The notes: generated from the letters alone by a model not told the origin. DNA of 63,222 nucleotides, filler included, from Candidatus Rokuibacteriota bacterium (GCA_031406795.1; 4 parts of 4 records of this genome joined end to end with filler, not necessarily neighbours in it), one strand, 5' to 3'; positions 10,430-20,537 are shown, counted from the whole stretch's first letter. Program-made: numbers and translations.

Positions 10430-10673
10430 GGAGATGGCTTCCGCCGACTAGGTCGAAATCCTGGTCTCGTTCATCAAGTGGTCGGGTCTGCGCCTGCTCA
10501 TCCCGGCTTTCGAGGAGTTGCGCGCGCGCCGCATCCCGGTCCGGGTGATCACCACCTCCTGTATGGGCGCCCCCGATCCCCCTACGGTGGAGTGGCTCGC
10601 CCGCCTGCAGAACGTGAAAGTCCGCGTCTCCTACGACACCCAGCGCACCCTCCTTCACGCCAAGGCCTACCAC
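10430..10673 (+). pseudogene. PLD-like domain fragment of a second DUF3427 helicase
   Basis: EMASAD*VEILVSFIKWSGLRLL..ITTSCMGA..VSYDTQRTLLHAKAYH. Confidence 0.75.
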
Positions 10674-10779
10674 ATGCCCCTCCTTGCTGTTCAGCCCTTC
10701 GCCAGATTTGGTATTCATGGGCCTTTGCCCCCCCACCAGCGCCATTGGCCTTTCTCCGCCCGCATGATACGTTCTGGCC

Positions 10780-11223
10780 ATGCGCTACTCCGAAGCCCGC
10801 ACCGGCCGCGTCTTCGTCGTCCGTCTCGAGACGGGCGACCGCCTGCCCGACGCCATCGAGCGGCTCGCCGTGGAGCAGGGGATCGCCTGCGGCTTCCTGG
10901 TGGTGCTCGGCGGCGCCGATGACGGCAGCCGCATCGTCACCGGCCCGGAGGACGGCGCCGCCCTCCCCCCGATCCCGATGATCCACCGCATCGCTGGCGT
11001 CCATGAGATCGCCGGGGTCGGGACGATCTTCCCCGACGCGCAAGGGAAGCCGTCGCTGCATCTGCACGCCGCGCTGGGGCGGGGCGGCGCGGCCGTTGCC
11101 GGCTGCACCCGCCCGGGCATCGACATCTGGACGGTCGGCGAAGCGGTGCTCGTCGAGCTGCTGGGGACCGGCGCCCGGCGCGAGCTCGACCCGGCGACGG
11201 GGTTCTCCCTGCTCGAGCCGTAG
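10780..11223 (+). CDS. PPC/DUF296 domain protein
   Basis: GRVFVVRLETGDRL..HEIAGVGTI..LHLHAALG. Confidence 0.85.
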   Translation: MRYSEARTGRVFVVRLETGDRLPDAIERLAVEQGIACGFLVVLGGADDGSRIVTGPEDGAALPPIPMIHRIAGVHEIAGVGTIFPDAQGKPSLHLHAALGRGGAAVAGCTRPGIDIWTVGEAVLVELLGTGARRELDPATGFSLLEP

Positions 11224-11341
11224 ACGGCACCGGGGAAGGCGCGGGTGGGGCGGCTGCACCTGGTCGTCAGCAGTTCCAGAAGACGGAGGCGGAGATGTTC
11301 GAGATGAATCGCCGGGGTGGGTGAGCGCGGGGTGAAGGAGT

Positions 11342-11704
11342 CTACATCCCTTTGTCACCGGGAGCTTGCGGGACGAGTGGCTCGAGCATCTTGATCAACT
11401 CGGCAATGCGCTCGGTGGCAACGCGCCAGAGGAGTTCGTGCTTGATCTCGCCATATTCATGAACCAGCACATTTCTCTGATTGATGACCTTGCGCCAGGG
11501 GATCTCCGGATGGCTCGACTGGAATCCCGCGGAAACCTTGTTCGCCGCTTCACCGATGATCTCGACATGGCGCTCGACAGCGCCGCGCAACAGCCTGCTC
11601 TTCAGGTAGTCGTGTAGTGTCTTGCCGGCAACAAACTCGCTGATGGCCCGCGCCGCGTCGAGCATGTCCCAGAGGTAAGCGGCGTCCGCTTTTTCAGGCT
11701 GCAT
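11342..11704 (-). CDS. HEPN (DUF86/HepT) toxin
   Basis: IIGEAA, HPEIPW and RNVLVHEY (Rx4H motif). Confidence 0.9.
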   Translation of the reverse strand: MQPEKADAAYLWDMLDAARAISEFVAGKTLHDYLKSRLLRGAVERHVEIIGEAANKVSAGFQSSHPEIPWRKVINQRNVLVHEYGEIKHELLWRVATERIAELIKMLEPLVPQAPGDKGM

Positions 11705-12026
11705 AGAGGATTTCACGATGGTTGAGGATCTCGTGCCGCCTGAAGGGATTGCGCAGACCCGACTTATCGACGAGGTCGATATCGCGGCCGAAGATTCCGC
11801 GAAGCTCCTCGATCATCTCGGTCCACTCGTAGAGACTCCATGGGGCGTCCGGGGCGAGGTCAACGAGGATGTCCACATCGCTGTCAGGGGTGAAATCGCC
11901 GCGCAGGATGGAGCCAAAGAGGGAGAACTCGACGATCTGCCACTTGCGGCAGAATGCGGCGATCACCTCGGCAGGAGGGACTACTGGTGCGCTCGTGACT
12001 GGGACCATGGGGCTATGATGCCACAA
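11694..12026 (-). CDS. MNT nucleotidyltransferase antitoxin
   Basis: LFGSILRGDFTPDSDVDILV. Confidence 0.9.
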   Translation of the reverse strand: MWHHSPMVPVTSAPVVPPAEVIAAFCRKWQIVEFSLFGSILRGDFTPDSDVDILVDLAPDAPWSLYEWTEMIEELRGIFGRDIDLVDKSGLRNPFRRHEILNHREILYAA

Positions 12027-12174
12027 ATGAAGCCGTGCCGTGCTGATTCCGCAGAGGACGTCGACGTTAATCGCCGGGAGGTGGTTCCCCTCGAATCTTC
12101 ATACGTCATCCACAAGTCGTTGCCATAAATGCATATAGCATATATATGCATCCCGTGAACCCTGAGGATGCCCG

Positions 12175-12399
12175 ATGAAGAGAACCACGCTTTTCGCCGA
12201 CGAGCAGCACATGGACGAACTCAAGGAGATCGCCCGCGAGGAGCGCAAGACCCTCGCCTCGGTCGTCCGGGAGGCGACCGCCCTCTATGTCCGCGAGAAG
12301 CGGAAGAAGAAAAAGCGGAAACTCTCGATCGTGGGTATCGGCAGCAGCGGGCGCGGCGACATCGCGGAAAAGCACGAAGAACTGCTGTGGAACGGCTGA
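12175..12399 (+). CDS. RHH/CopG-type antitoxin
   Basis: MKRTTLFADE..LASVVREA..GIGSSGRGDIAEKHEELLW; ATGCATATA..TATATGCAT palindrome upstream. Confidence 0.8.
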   Translation: MKRTTLFADEQHMDELKEIAREERKTLASVVREATALYVREKRKKKKRKLSIVGIGSSGRGDIAEKHEELLWNG

Positions 12400-12485
12400 A
12401 GATCACGACGATCCTCACCACGGACCGGCGCCACTTCTCGATCATCATGGGCAAGGACGGCAATCCCTACACGCTGCTGCCGTAG
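12390..12485 (+). pseudogene. VapC C-terminal stub (toxin body deleted)
   Basis: ERLKITTILTTDRRHFSII..YTLLP* joined directly to the antitoxin end. Confidence 0.75.
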
Positions 12486-12534
12486 CACCCGAGTTGAAAG
12501 GTGTATAGCGTCTTGGACCCCGGCGCTTCATCTT

Positions 12535-12806
12535 CGCATCGAGGAGGGTCGCCAGAATCAGGCTGTCCAAACCCGGCAGGCCGTACTTGTTGCCAATTCG
12601 TGCGGCATGCCTGGCGGTATCCTCATCAAGACCGATCGCCGAAACGGCGAGTCGGAGATCCGCCATGATCGTTGGCCAGCGACGGAGGCGGCCGCCGAGG
12701 AGTTTCTTCTCGATCTCGAAGAGAACGATGACTGAAGTGACGATCTCCTGCTCTTCCCAGACCTTCAGGGCAATCGGGTGCTGCTCCTCGAGCGCGAAGA
12801 AGAAAT
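12535..12806 (-). pseudogene. PIN toxin internal fragment
   Basis: DFFFALEEQHPIALKVWEEQEIVTSVIVLFEI..AARIGNKYGLPGLDSLILAT; both ends missing. Confidence 0.7.
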
Positions 12807-12925
12807 CTGATATAACATCACTATGTTACAACTGTGTGCGGGAAAGCCAAGATGATCTGAACTTTTCAATCAGCCTCGGAATTTCTGGACGATTTGAACA
12901 GTTGAAACGGAGGATAGCCGCCTCA

Positions 12926-13080
12926 CTACCGGTATGCCTCACCGCGCGGGACGATGGCGAAGACATACAGGAACCTCTCCTCCGTATTCGGTGTGAACAG
13001 CACCCGCCAACCGCCGACACGCAGCCGATAATCGCCGTGCAACACCCCAGTCAGTGCGCGAACCTGGGTGTGCAGAAGTT
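12926..13080 (-). pseudogene. RelE/ParE toxin C-terminal fragment
   Basis: VRALTGVLHGDYRLRVGGWRVLF..IVPRGEAYR*. Confidence 0.75.
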
Positions 13081-13145
13081 GATTCTCCGAGCCTGAGGAA
13101 GCGCTTCTCGGCGGTGGGTTTGACCTCAATCCGCCAGGTCGGCCA

Positions 13146-14270
13146 TCAGACTTCCACTACCTCCCAGCGCAGATCATAGCTCACACTCCGGCCCCCGCCC
13201 GGCCGCCTCAGCAGAATATCGCGCGTCAGCAGGTTCTCTATCTCGCGGAAGGCCGTAGCACGGCTGGCACCGGTCATGCCAACGTACTTGCGTGTCGTGA
13301 GCCCGCCTTCGAAGCCGCCTCTTCCCGTGTCGAGGAGGCGGTTGACCACCTTCAGCTGGCGCTCGGTGAGGGGCAGGCCGGCATAGCGCCGCCAGAAACG
13401 CGCTTTGTCGAGAACCACGGCGAGCCGCTGCTCCGAGGCCGCGATCGCGCGGCCGAAGCAGCCGAGGAACCACGCGAGCCACGGGGTGAGGTCCCCTTCG
13501 CCGTTGGAGCAGCGAGCGAGCGCCGCGTAGTAATCGAGCCGTTCCTTCATAATCTGCGACGACATGCTGTAGTAGCGCGCCGGCCGGCGGTCATCGCGCG
13601 CGATCGCACGGTCGGTGAGGGCCCGGGCCAGCCGCCCGTTGCCATCTTCGTACGGATGGACCGCGACAAATCGAAAGTGCGCGACGGCGGCCCGGATCAA
13701 GCCATCCGCCGCGGGCTCATGCCGATTGAACCATGAAAGGAAAGTGCGCATCTCCCCCGGCACCGTTCTCGCCGGCGGCGCTTCGTAGTGCACGCGCTCC
13801 CGACCGGCGGCCCCGGACACGACCCTCATCGGCCCCTCACCCCGCCAGCGTCCGACGCGGATCCTGGTGAATCCCGAATAGCCTGTCGGAAACAGTGCGG
13901 CGTGCCAACCGTGCAGGTGCTGCGCTGTGAGGGGAGACGCGGCATCTGCGGTGGCATCAAGAAGCACGGAGACCAGGCCGTCGGCGCTCCGGTCAGTCGA
14001 GAGCCCGGCGGTCGGCAGGCCGAGTTGACGCGCGACCGACGAACGCACCGATTCCCGGGCGAGGATTTCCCCCTCGATCGCGGCGGTGGTGATCGCCTCA
14101 TCGGTCAACAGTTCAGCCTGGGCTTCCATGGCCAGAGCCATCCCAAGCGAGGAGACCTCCGCGAGAAGTTTGCCCTGGCGCTTGCGGCACTCCCCAAGCA
14201 GAGGCAGAAGGACGGCGGCGTCCCAGCGGAATTCGGTCCAGTCGGCGTGCTGCCAGATGAGCGTCGCCAT
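13146..14270 (-). CDS. Fic family protein (DUF4172-Fic-HTH)
   Basis: IWQHADW, TAAIEGE and HPYEDGNGRLAR. Confidence 0.92.
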   Translation of the reverse strand: MATLIWQHADWTEFRWDAAVLLPLLGECRKRQGKLLAEVSSLGMALAMEAQAELLTDEAITTAAIEGEILARESVRSSVARQLGLPTAGLSTDRSADGLVSVLLDATADAASPLTAQHLHGWHAALFPTGYSGFTRIRVGRWRGEGPMRVVSGAAGRERVHYEAPPARTVPGEMRTFLSWFNRHEPAADGLIRAAVAHFRFVAVHPYEDGNGRLARALTDRAIARDDRRPARYYSMSSQIMKERLDYYAALARCSNGEGDLTPWLAWFLGCFGRAIAASEQRLAVVLDKARFWRRYAGLPLTERQLKVVNRLLDTGRGGFEGGLTTRKYVGMTGASRATAFREIENLLTRDILLRRPGGGRSVSYDLRWEVVEV

Positions 14271-14354
14271 GACGAGACTATTGCATCACATCATGAAGCG
14301 AATGGCAACGAGAATCGCTTCAGAGATTCTTCCTGTCCGCGCCCTTCGTCAGAC

Positions 14355-14476
14355 TGCGTATTCCGGCCATGGTGACCAGCCAGTCCGGCCTCATGGTTAC
14401 CAGCAATCGGAGCGCAGCAGCGACGCCGGTCAGTTTCTTATAGCTTAGTGGTCACCATGGTTCAAGTCGTGGCGGT
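14355..14476 (+). mobile_element. IS21-family-like terminal remnant
   Basis: Starts TGCGTATTCCGG, has repeated CATGGT(G/T)ACCAG motifs, an inverted TGGTCACCATG and CGGAGCGCAG..CGACGC; no istAB present. Confidence 0.6.
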
Positions 14477-14504
14477 CACGGGAGAAATAGCGAGCTGGCG
14501 CTCC

Positions 14505-15330
14505 TCATCTCTTTGCCCATGCCTCCACCGGCTGCGAAAGGAACTCCTCCACCGACATACCGGCGCCGCCCACGAGCAGCGTACGCTGCGGCTTGAAGGC
14601 GGCCGTGAACGCCGCCATGCCTGGCTGCGAATCGCGGACACGCCCGCTCTTGACCTCGATCGCCGTCACCTGCCGGCCGACGCGCACGACGAAGTCCACC
14701 TCGCGATTGAGCTCGCGCCAGTAGAACACCTCGCACGTGCCGATGGCCGCCGAGTTGGCGAGATGCGCGCCGATAGCCGACTCCACGAGGCACCCCCGAA
14801 ACGCCGGGTCGGCCAGCGCCTCATCAAGAGTGAGCCCAGCCTGCACGGTGAGCAGCGCCGTATTCAGCACCTGCAGCTTGGGGCTGGAACCCCGCTGCCG
14901 AACGACCTGCCCCGCGAATTTGGGGATGCCAGTGAGCAACCCGGCGCCCGCGAGCAGTTCCAGATAGTGCGCAAGCGTCGTCGTGTTGCCGGCATCCTGC
15001 AGCTGCCCGAGCATCTTGGTATATGAGAGCACTTGTCCCGAATAGCGGCATCCGAGCTCGAAGACACGCCGCAGCAGGGCTGGCTTGTCCACGCGGGAGA
15101 GGAGCAGCGCGTCGCGCCTCCGCCCGTGCCTCCTCCCAGCGCTGGGTGATCCATGCACGATCGCGCAGTGTGGGCTCGTCGGCCGAGATGTAAGCACTCG
15201 GCGTGCCGATTGCGCCAAGGACCTGCAGGACGAGGGTGCTCTTGCCGACCTGCCGCGGCCCGGCGACCACCTGGAGAAACCGGCGCGGCTCACGCAGACG
15301 CGCCTCTGATGTGGCGGCAAAAGCTTTCAT
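14505..15330 (-). pseudogene. AAA+ ATPase-DUF4143 gene with internal deletion/frameshift
   Basis: GPRQVGKST N-terminus jumps out of frame to RDALLLSRVDKPALL..REVDFV..AIEVKSG; the Walker B region is missing. Confidence 0.85.
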
Positions 15331-15485
15331 ATATCGGGATCAAGGCACTATTGCTGACCGTTCATGACACTCAAAAGGTAACATTCGACTCCTACGCCCA
15401 GTTCAAGTTGCACTATATTACTTCGTGTTGTACTTTATAGTCGTAAGTTATATCTTTGTTCATTAGTTACAACAGGAGGTGCTCC

Positions 15486-15716
15486 ATGGCCATCGTCACT
15501 GCCACCCCCAAGGGACAGATCGTCATTCCGGCGCCGATCCGGGCGAAATTCGGCATCACCGGCGGCTCCCGCGTGGAGGTCCGTGAGGAGGGGGGCAAGA
15601 TCATTGTCGTCCCGCTCCTCGCGGATCCTGTTCGTCAGGCCCGCGGCATCTTCAAGGGCGGTGACTCGGCACTCAAGGCCCTCGCGAAATTGCGCAGGGA
15701 GAAGGCCGGACGGTGA
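15486..15716 (+). CDS. AbrB/MazE family antitoxin
   Basis: TATPKGQIVIPAPIRAKFGI; AGGAGG RBS. Confidence 0.9.
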   Translation: MAIVTATPKGQIVIPAPIRAKFGITGGSRVEVREEGGKIIVVPLLADPVRQARGIFKGGDSALKALAKLRREKAGR

Positions 15717-16120
15717 GCGGCGTCTTCGTTCTCGACAGCTTCGCCCTGCTGGCCTACTTCGAGGATGAGGCCGGAGCGGAACGCGTCCAGTACATCCTCG
15801 CGCAAGCCGAGAAGGGCCGTACCTCGCTCGCCATGAGCCTCATCAACTGGGGAGAGGTACTCTACGCTCTGCAGCGATCCCGTGGAGAGACCGGCCGGAA
15901 CGCAGCGATCAGCGTCATCGATCAGCTTCCCATCTCCCTGATCGCCCCCGACCGTGCGCAGACCATGGCAGCGGCCGGACTGAAGGCCCGGCACCCTATC
16001 GCCTATGCCGATTGTTTCGCTGCCGCCCTGGCCATCACCCGCAAGGCCCGGCTGGTTACCGGCCATCCCGAATTCCGGCGTCTGGAAAAAAACATCTCTA
16101 TCGACTGGCTCGCCCAGTAG
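15713..16120 (+). CDS. vapC: VapC/PIN toxin
   Basis: VLDSFALL, NWGEV, AYADCF; TGHPEF where its paralog has TGDPEF. Confidence 0.88.
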   Translation: MSGVFVLDSFALLAYFEDEAGAERVQYILAQAEKGRTSLAMSLINWGEVLYALQRSRGETGRNAAISVIDQLPISLIAPDRAQTMAAAGLKARHPIAYADCFAAALAITRKARLVTGHPEFRRLEKNISIDWLAQ

Positions 16121-16169
16121 TGAATGGAATCAACGGACACTCGCCCCTCCTCCGCCCAGGTGAATTTGA

Positions 16170-16351
16170 GCGGATCATACGAGGAGTCGAGAGCCTGCTT
16201 CTCAAGGTCGAATGCCTCAGGACCATTGATCGGCCTTGCGACTGCCCTTCTCTGGCGCGAACTGGAAGGGGAACCACTTGTCATGGCGACCCATGATTCC
16301 GCACTCGCCATGGCGGCACGTGCCAACGCGTTCACGGTGATCGGCGTCTGA
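16170..16351 (+). pseudogene. VapC C-terminal fragment
   Basis: LRTID / LATALLWRELEGEPLVMATHDSALAMAARANAFTVIGV*. Confidence 0.7.
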
Positions 16352-16382
16352 TTCGAACCTGCGGCCTACGGATCAGGAGTCC
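16350..16382 (-). other. tRNA-Arg-like fragment (anticodon loop to T-loop)
   Basis: Minus strand reads GGA-CTCCTGA-TCCGT-AGGCC-GCAGG-TTCGAATC. Confidence 0.55.
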
Positions 16383-16389
16383 AGCGCTG

Positions 16390-17349
16390 CTACGACAGCT
16401 CTTTCAAGGAATAGCTGGCGCTGCGGCCGCCGGCGGGGTCTTTTGTCAAGATGCCGCGCTTTACGAGATCAAGGATGTCGCGGAGTGCAGTGTCCTGCGA
16501 GCACTTCGCTATCCTGGCCCATTTTGAAGAGGTCAGCTTGCCGTCGAAACCGTCGAGCAGCTGATTGAGGAGTAAGCGTTGCCGCTCATTGAACGGGAAA
16601 CTTTGAGAAGATTCCCAAAAACGGGCCTTTCTGAGTACGGCCGCAAGCGTACTCTCCGCTCGGTCGAGCGCACGGTCGAGGCAGGCCAGGAACCACTTCA
16701 ACCGCTCCGTGATATCCAGCGTTCCCTTCTGTGTCTTTTCCAGGCCGCCATAGTAGGCGTCCCGTTCGACGCGTATTTGCGCGGACATGCTGTAGAAGCG
16801 TTGGGGGCTCCCCTCGGATCGGGCCAGCATCGTGTCGGCAAGCGCGCGTGCGATACGGCCGTTGCCGTCATCCAAAGGATGGATGGTGACAAACCAAAGA
16901 TGGGCGATGCCGGCACGCAGTACGAGGTCCGTCCCATCTTCGCGGTTGAACCAGTCCAGGAAGGCGGTCATCTCCTGCTCGAGCCGTGCGGCGGCAGGCG
17001 CTTCGAAATGCACCCGTTCGCGGCCGACGGGTCCGGATACGACCTGCATCGGCCCTCTGGCGTCGTCGCGCCAGGCGCCGACATTGCTTTTACGCAGGCC
17101 GCTGTACCCTGCCGGAAATAAAGAGGCGTGCCAGCCGAGCAGTCTTTCCCTGGTGAGCGGCTTCTCATAATTTTGCGTGGCGTCAAGCATCATCCCGACA
17201 ACACCGTCGACGTTTCTGTCGCCAGGCGCCAAGGCCCCGACATCGACGCCAAGACGTCGGGCCACGGATGAACGGACCTGATCCCTGTCGAGCGCCTCCC
17301 CTTCGATCTCGCTGGATTTCAAGACGTCGAGGGTCAGCGTTTGAAGCAC
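16390..17349 (-). pseudogene. 5'-truncated paralog of the DUF4172-Fic gene at 19428-20537
   Basis: Nearly identical protein lacking the first ~50 aa; HPLDDGNGRIAR instead of HPFDDGNGRIAR. Confidence 0.85.
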
Positions 17350-17468
17350 AGCACTCTTTGTTCTGAAAAGCCCTGGCGGTGAGTAACATGGTCTCTTGAT
17401 CGACCGACGATAGAGAGCCTAAGGCTTTACGCTTTGGATCTTTAGAGGGGCATAAGGTCAGCGGCCGG

Positions 17469-17888
17469 TCACAATCCTTCAGCCGTTGCGGCCGTGCGCA
17501 GTTGCGCATCCCAGGTGAGTAACCGCAACTCCGGCAGGTCGCGGCTGAGGCTGACCGCGAGCGCGAGGTGCCAGAGGTCGGCACCCCTGAGACGGTGACG
17601 GTCGGCGAGCGCGGGAACAAGCCCGGTGTCCGGGGTGGCGGAGACCTTTTCCCACGGTCCGGCTGCAAGATTCGCCCGGACTTGTGGTAGTTCTTCCTCG
17701 CCGAAAAGACCGTCCCGGCACATCCGGGAGAGCACCGCGTGCGTCTCGGCAAGCGCGAGCGAGGAGATCAGGTGGTGGCCCGGAGCGCGTAATCGCCTGA
17801 GCGTTTCCTGGGAGTGACCCTCATGCACGAGGGCGGAGAGCACCGCGGATGAGTCCCAGTACAGGACTATCGGGCGCCGGGAACTCAC
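17469..17888 (-). CDS. vapC: VapC/PIN toxin
   Basis: LYWDSSA, LAETH, LRGADLWHLA and LLTWD. Confidence 0.88.
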   Translation of the reverse strand: MSSRRPIVLYWDSSAVLSALVHEGHSQETLRRLRAPGHHLISSLALAETHAVLSRMCRDGLFGEEELPQVRANLAAGPWEKVSATPDTGLVPALADRHRLRGADLWHLALAVSLSRDLPELRLLTWDAQLRTAATAEGL

Positions 17889-18178
17889 CGACCCTGATTC
17901 CGGTCTTCGCGGAGGAGTCGCTGGGCCGCGTCGCCGCCGTGCTTCAGTGGTGTCGGAATCCGCGAGAGCGGGGGCTTCGGGCCGATACTCCCTTGCCGCC
18001 GGAGCTGCGAGATGCGCTCCTCGAGGCGGCTCTCTCTGGCATCGATCGGTACAAGTTTGCCGACCGCGCGTCCACGATCCGTGATGACGATCTGCGCCCC
18101 GCCTTGCACGAGCCTCACGAGCTTGCTGAGGTTGAGCCGGGCTTCCCTGATGCCGACAGCGGTCTGCATTGGCTTCAT
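17885..18178 (-). CDS. Phd/YefM antitoxin
   Basis: VGIREARLNLSKLVRLVQGGAQIVITDRGRAVGKLVP. Confidence 0.9.
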   Translation of the reverse strand: MKPMQTAVGIREARLNLSKLVRLVQGGAQIVITDRGRAVGKLVPIDARESRLEERISQLRRQGSIGPKPPLSRIPTPLKHGGDAAQRLLREDRNQGR

Positions 18179-18486
18179 CTCCCGTTCGGTTGCCTGGCCC
18201 ATAATGTAGTCACTGTAGTGTCATAAGTGCAGCCCGTCAAGCTCAACCCTCCAGTACCCCGCATGGAGCGTCTCTGCCCAGACGCTGCCCGCGACCCCGC
18301 GATCATCGCCTGGGCCTGCAGCAGGAGCCAGGGTCGATGATGGTCAGCGACCCTTGGAGCACAGGGCAGAGGTAACGTCGAAGTCGCGAAGGCTTGCCGG
18401 AGTTCGACAATGGGTTTCGATTGGCCTTGACAGAGTAAAATGTTGACGTATGTTGATGTATACAACAGCATCAAGGAGATGACGAG

Positions 18487-18906
18487 ATGAGCAGTGCGGT
18501 GAAGAGCATCCGGGTTGATCCAGAGACGGCGTCCGACATCGAACGACTTTCGGCAGGGCAGCGCACCACCTTTTCAGCGCTGGCAGCCGAGATGCTCTGC
18601 GAAGCGACAAAGGCGCGGCGATGTCCCGGCGTCGTCTTCGCCGACGGACCCGCGGGGCGGCGGGCTCGGATCGAAGGAACCGGAATCGAGATCTGGGAGG
18701 TGATCTCCTCCTTCCTGACATTGGGCAAGGATGAGCGGAGGCTCCGCGAAGCGTACCACTGGCTTTCCGAGCGGCAGATCCTCGCCGCGCTCGGCTACGG
18801 TCGGACGTACCCTCGGGAGATTGAAGATCTTATTCGGCGAAACAACGCGCAGGACGGGGCCGGCCGAAATGACGAGCTTCCGTTTGCGCGCAGGCGCGCC
18901 AGGTGA
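18487..18906 (+). CDS. DUF433 antitoxin with N-terminal RHH-like segment
   Basis: PGVVFADGPAGRRARIEGTGIEIWEVI..YPREI. Confidence 0.85.
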   Translation: MSSAVKSIRVDPETASDIERLSAGQRTTFSALAAEMLCEATKARRCPGVVFADGPAGRRARIEGTGIEIWEVISSFLTLGKDERRLREAYHWLSERQILAALGYGRTYPREIEDLIRRNNAQDGAGRNDELPFARRRAR

Positions 18907-19268
18907 AGCTGCTCCTCGACGAGGATCTCAGTCCCAGGATCGCGCAGGCTCTTCGGAAGCTTGGCGTAGACGCAGTCAGCGTCCACGAAGTTGGCCGCCA
19001 GGGGCTTTCGGACCGTGAGCAGCTCGAATACGCGGCGTCCGAAAAGCGGTGCGTCGTCACCAGGAACCGCAACGATTACCTGATCCTCACCCGCGAATTG
19101 TTTGGCCGGAGCGAACCCCACGAGGGGGTCCTGGTGGTCTCCTCCGGACTTGCGCCCGACGACTTCGGACGCATTGCATCTGCCGTGAAGGAGTACGTTG
19201 ACCTCTACGGCGATCGCCCGGCGGCATTCCTGTTCGACTTCGTTTCCGACCCCGAACGACCCGCCTGA
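18903..19268 (+). CDS. DUF5615 PIN-like toxin
   Basis: MKLLLDEDLS..GLSDREQL..VTRNRNDY. Confidence 0.88.
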   Translation: MKLLLDEDLSPRIAQALRKLGVDAVSVHEVGRQGLSDREQLEYAASEKRCVVTRNRNDYLILTRELFGRSEPHEGVLVVSSGLAPDDFGRIASAVKEYVDLYGDRPAAFLFDFVSDPERPA

Positions 19269-19361
19269 GCCCGGCTTACAAACGGCGATTCCGGGACAAC
19301 CAGCGCCAACAGATCACGGTGAATGTCCGGCCAAGGCTGATTGAGGAAGTGTTTGAAAACA

Positions 19362-19382
19362 TGGTGCGCCCAGCAGGATTCG
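19362..19382 (-). other. tRNA 3'-end fragment (att-like)
   Basis: Minus strand CGAATCCTGCTGGGCGCACCA matches 19/21 with the 3' end of tRNA-Arg at 32578-32653. Confidence 0.65.
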
Positions 19383-19427
19383 CACATAAGACCAGCACAT
19401 AAGGGAACAACCTGAATTGCCGCGCCG

Positions 19428-20537
19428 CTACGACAGTTCTTTCAACGAATAGCTGGCGCTGCGGCCGCCAGCGGGGTCTTTTATCAGGATGCCGCGCTTC
19501 ACGAGTTCAAGGATGTCACGTAGTGCAGTGTCCTGTGAGCACTTCGCTATCCTGGCCCATTTTGAAGAGGTCAGCTTGCCGTCAAACCCGTCGAGCAGCT
19601 TATTGAGGAGCAAGCGTTGCCGTTCATTGAACGGGACACTTTGAGAAGATTCCCAAAAACGGGCCCTCCTGAGTACGGCCGCAAGCGTACTCTCCGCGCC
19701 GTCGAGCGCACGGTCGAGGCAGGCCAGGAACCACTCCAGGCGCACGGTGATATCCAGCGTTCCCTTCTGTGTCTCCTCCAGGCCGCCATAGTAGGCGTCC
19801 CGTTCAACGCGTATTTGCGCGGACATGCTGTAGAAGCGTTGGGGGCTCCCCTCGGATCGGGCCAGCATCATGTCGGCAAGCGCGCGTGCGATACGGCCGT
19901 TGCCGTCATCAAAAGGATGGATGGTGACAAACCAAAGGTGGCCAATGCCGGCACGCAGTACGAGGTCCGTACCATCGTCGCGGTTGAACCAGTCCAAGAA
20001 GGCGGTGATTTCCTGCTCAAGCCGTGCGGCAGCAGGTGCTTCGAAATGCACCCGTTCGCGGCCGACAGGTCCTGATACGACCTGCATCGGCCCTTTGGCG
20101 TCGTCGCGCCAGGTGCCGACGTTGATTCTTCTCAGGCCGCTGTACCCTGTCGGAAATAAAGAGGCGTGCCAGCCGAGCAGTCTTTCTTTGGAGAGCGGCT
20201 TTTCATAATGTTGCGTGGCATCGAGCATCATCTCGACAACACCGTCGACGTTTCTGTCTCCAGGCGCCAAAGCCCCGACATCAACGCCAAGACGTCGGGC
20301 CACGGACGAACGGACCTGATCCCTGTCGAGCGCCTCCCCTTCGATCTCGCTGGATTTCAAGACGTCGAGTGTCAGCGTTTGAAGCACAGCCTCTGCGCGC
20401 AGAGAAAACCCCAGTGCCTGCATACGCCCAAGCAGATAACCCTGTTTGTGACGCACGTCAGCAAGCCGCTGCGCCAACGCCTGCATACTCCAGCGGAATC
20501 GAGGCCAATCCGGAAGTTCATGGATATACTTTGTCAT
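19428..20537 (-). CDS. Fic family protein (DUF4172-Fic-HTH)
   Basis: YIHELPDWPRFRW, SSEIEGE and HPFDDGNGRIAR. Confidence 0.93.
   Translation of the reverse strand: MTKYIHELPDWPRFRWSMQALAQRLADVRHKQGYLLGRMQALGFSLRAEAVLQTLTLDVLKSSEIEGEALDRDQVRSSVARRLGVDVGALAPGDRNVDGVVEMMLDATQHYEKPLSKERLLGWHASLFPTGYSGLRRINVGTWRDDAKGPMQVVSGPVGRERVHFEAPAAARLEQEITAFLDWFNRDDGTDLVLRAGIGHLWFVTIHPFDDGNGRIARALADMMLARSEGSPQRFYSMSAQIRVERDAYYGGLEETQKGTLDITVRLEWFLACLDRALDGAESTLAAVLRRARFWESSQSVPFNERQRLLLNKLLDGFDGKLTSSKWARIAKCSQDTALRDILELVKRGILIKDPAGGRSASYSLKELS

Noticed and set aside
16390..20537. Fic or methyltransferase duplicates as a diversity-generating retroelement
   Set aside because: Differences look scattered and largely synonymous rather than adenine-specific, and there is no reverse transcriptase in the window.
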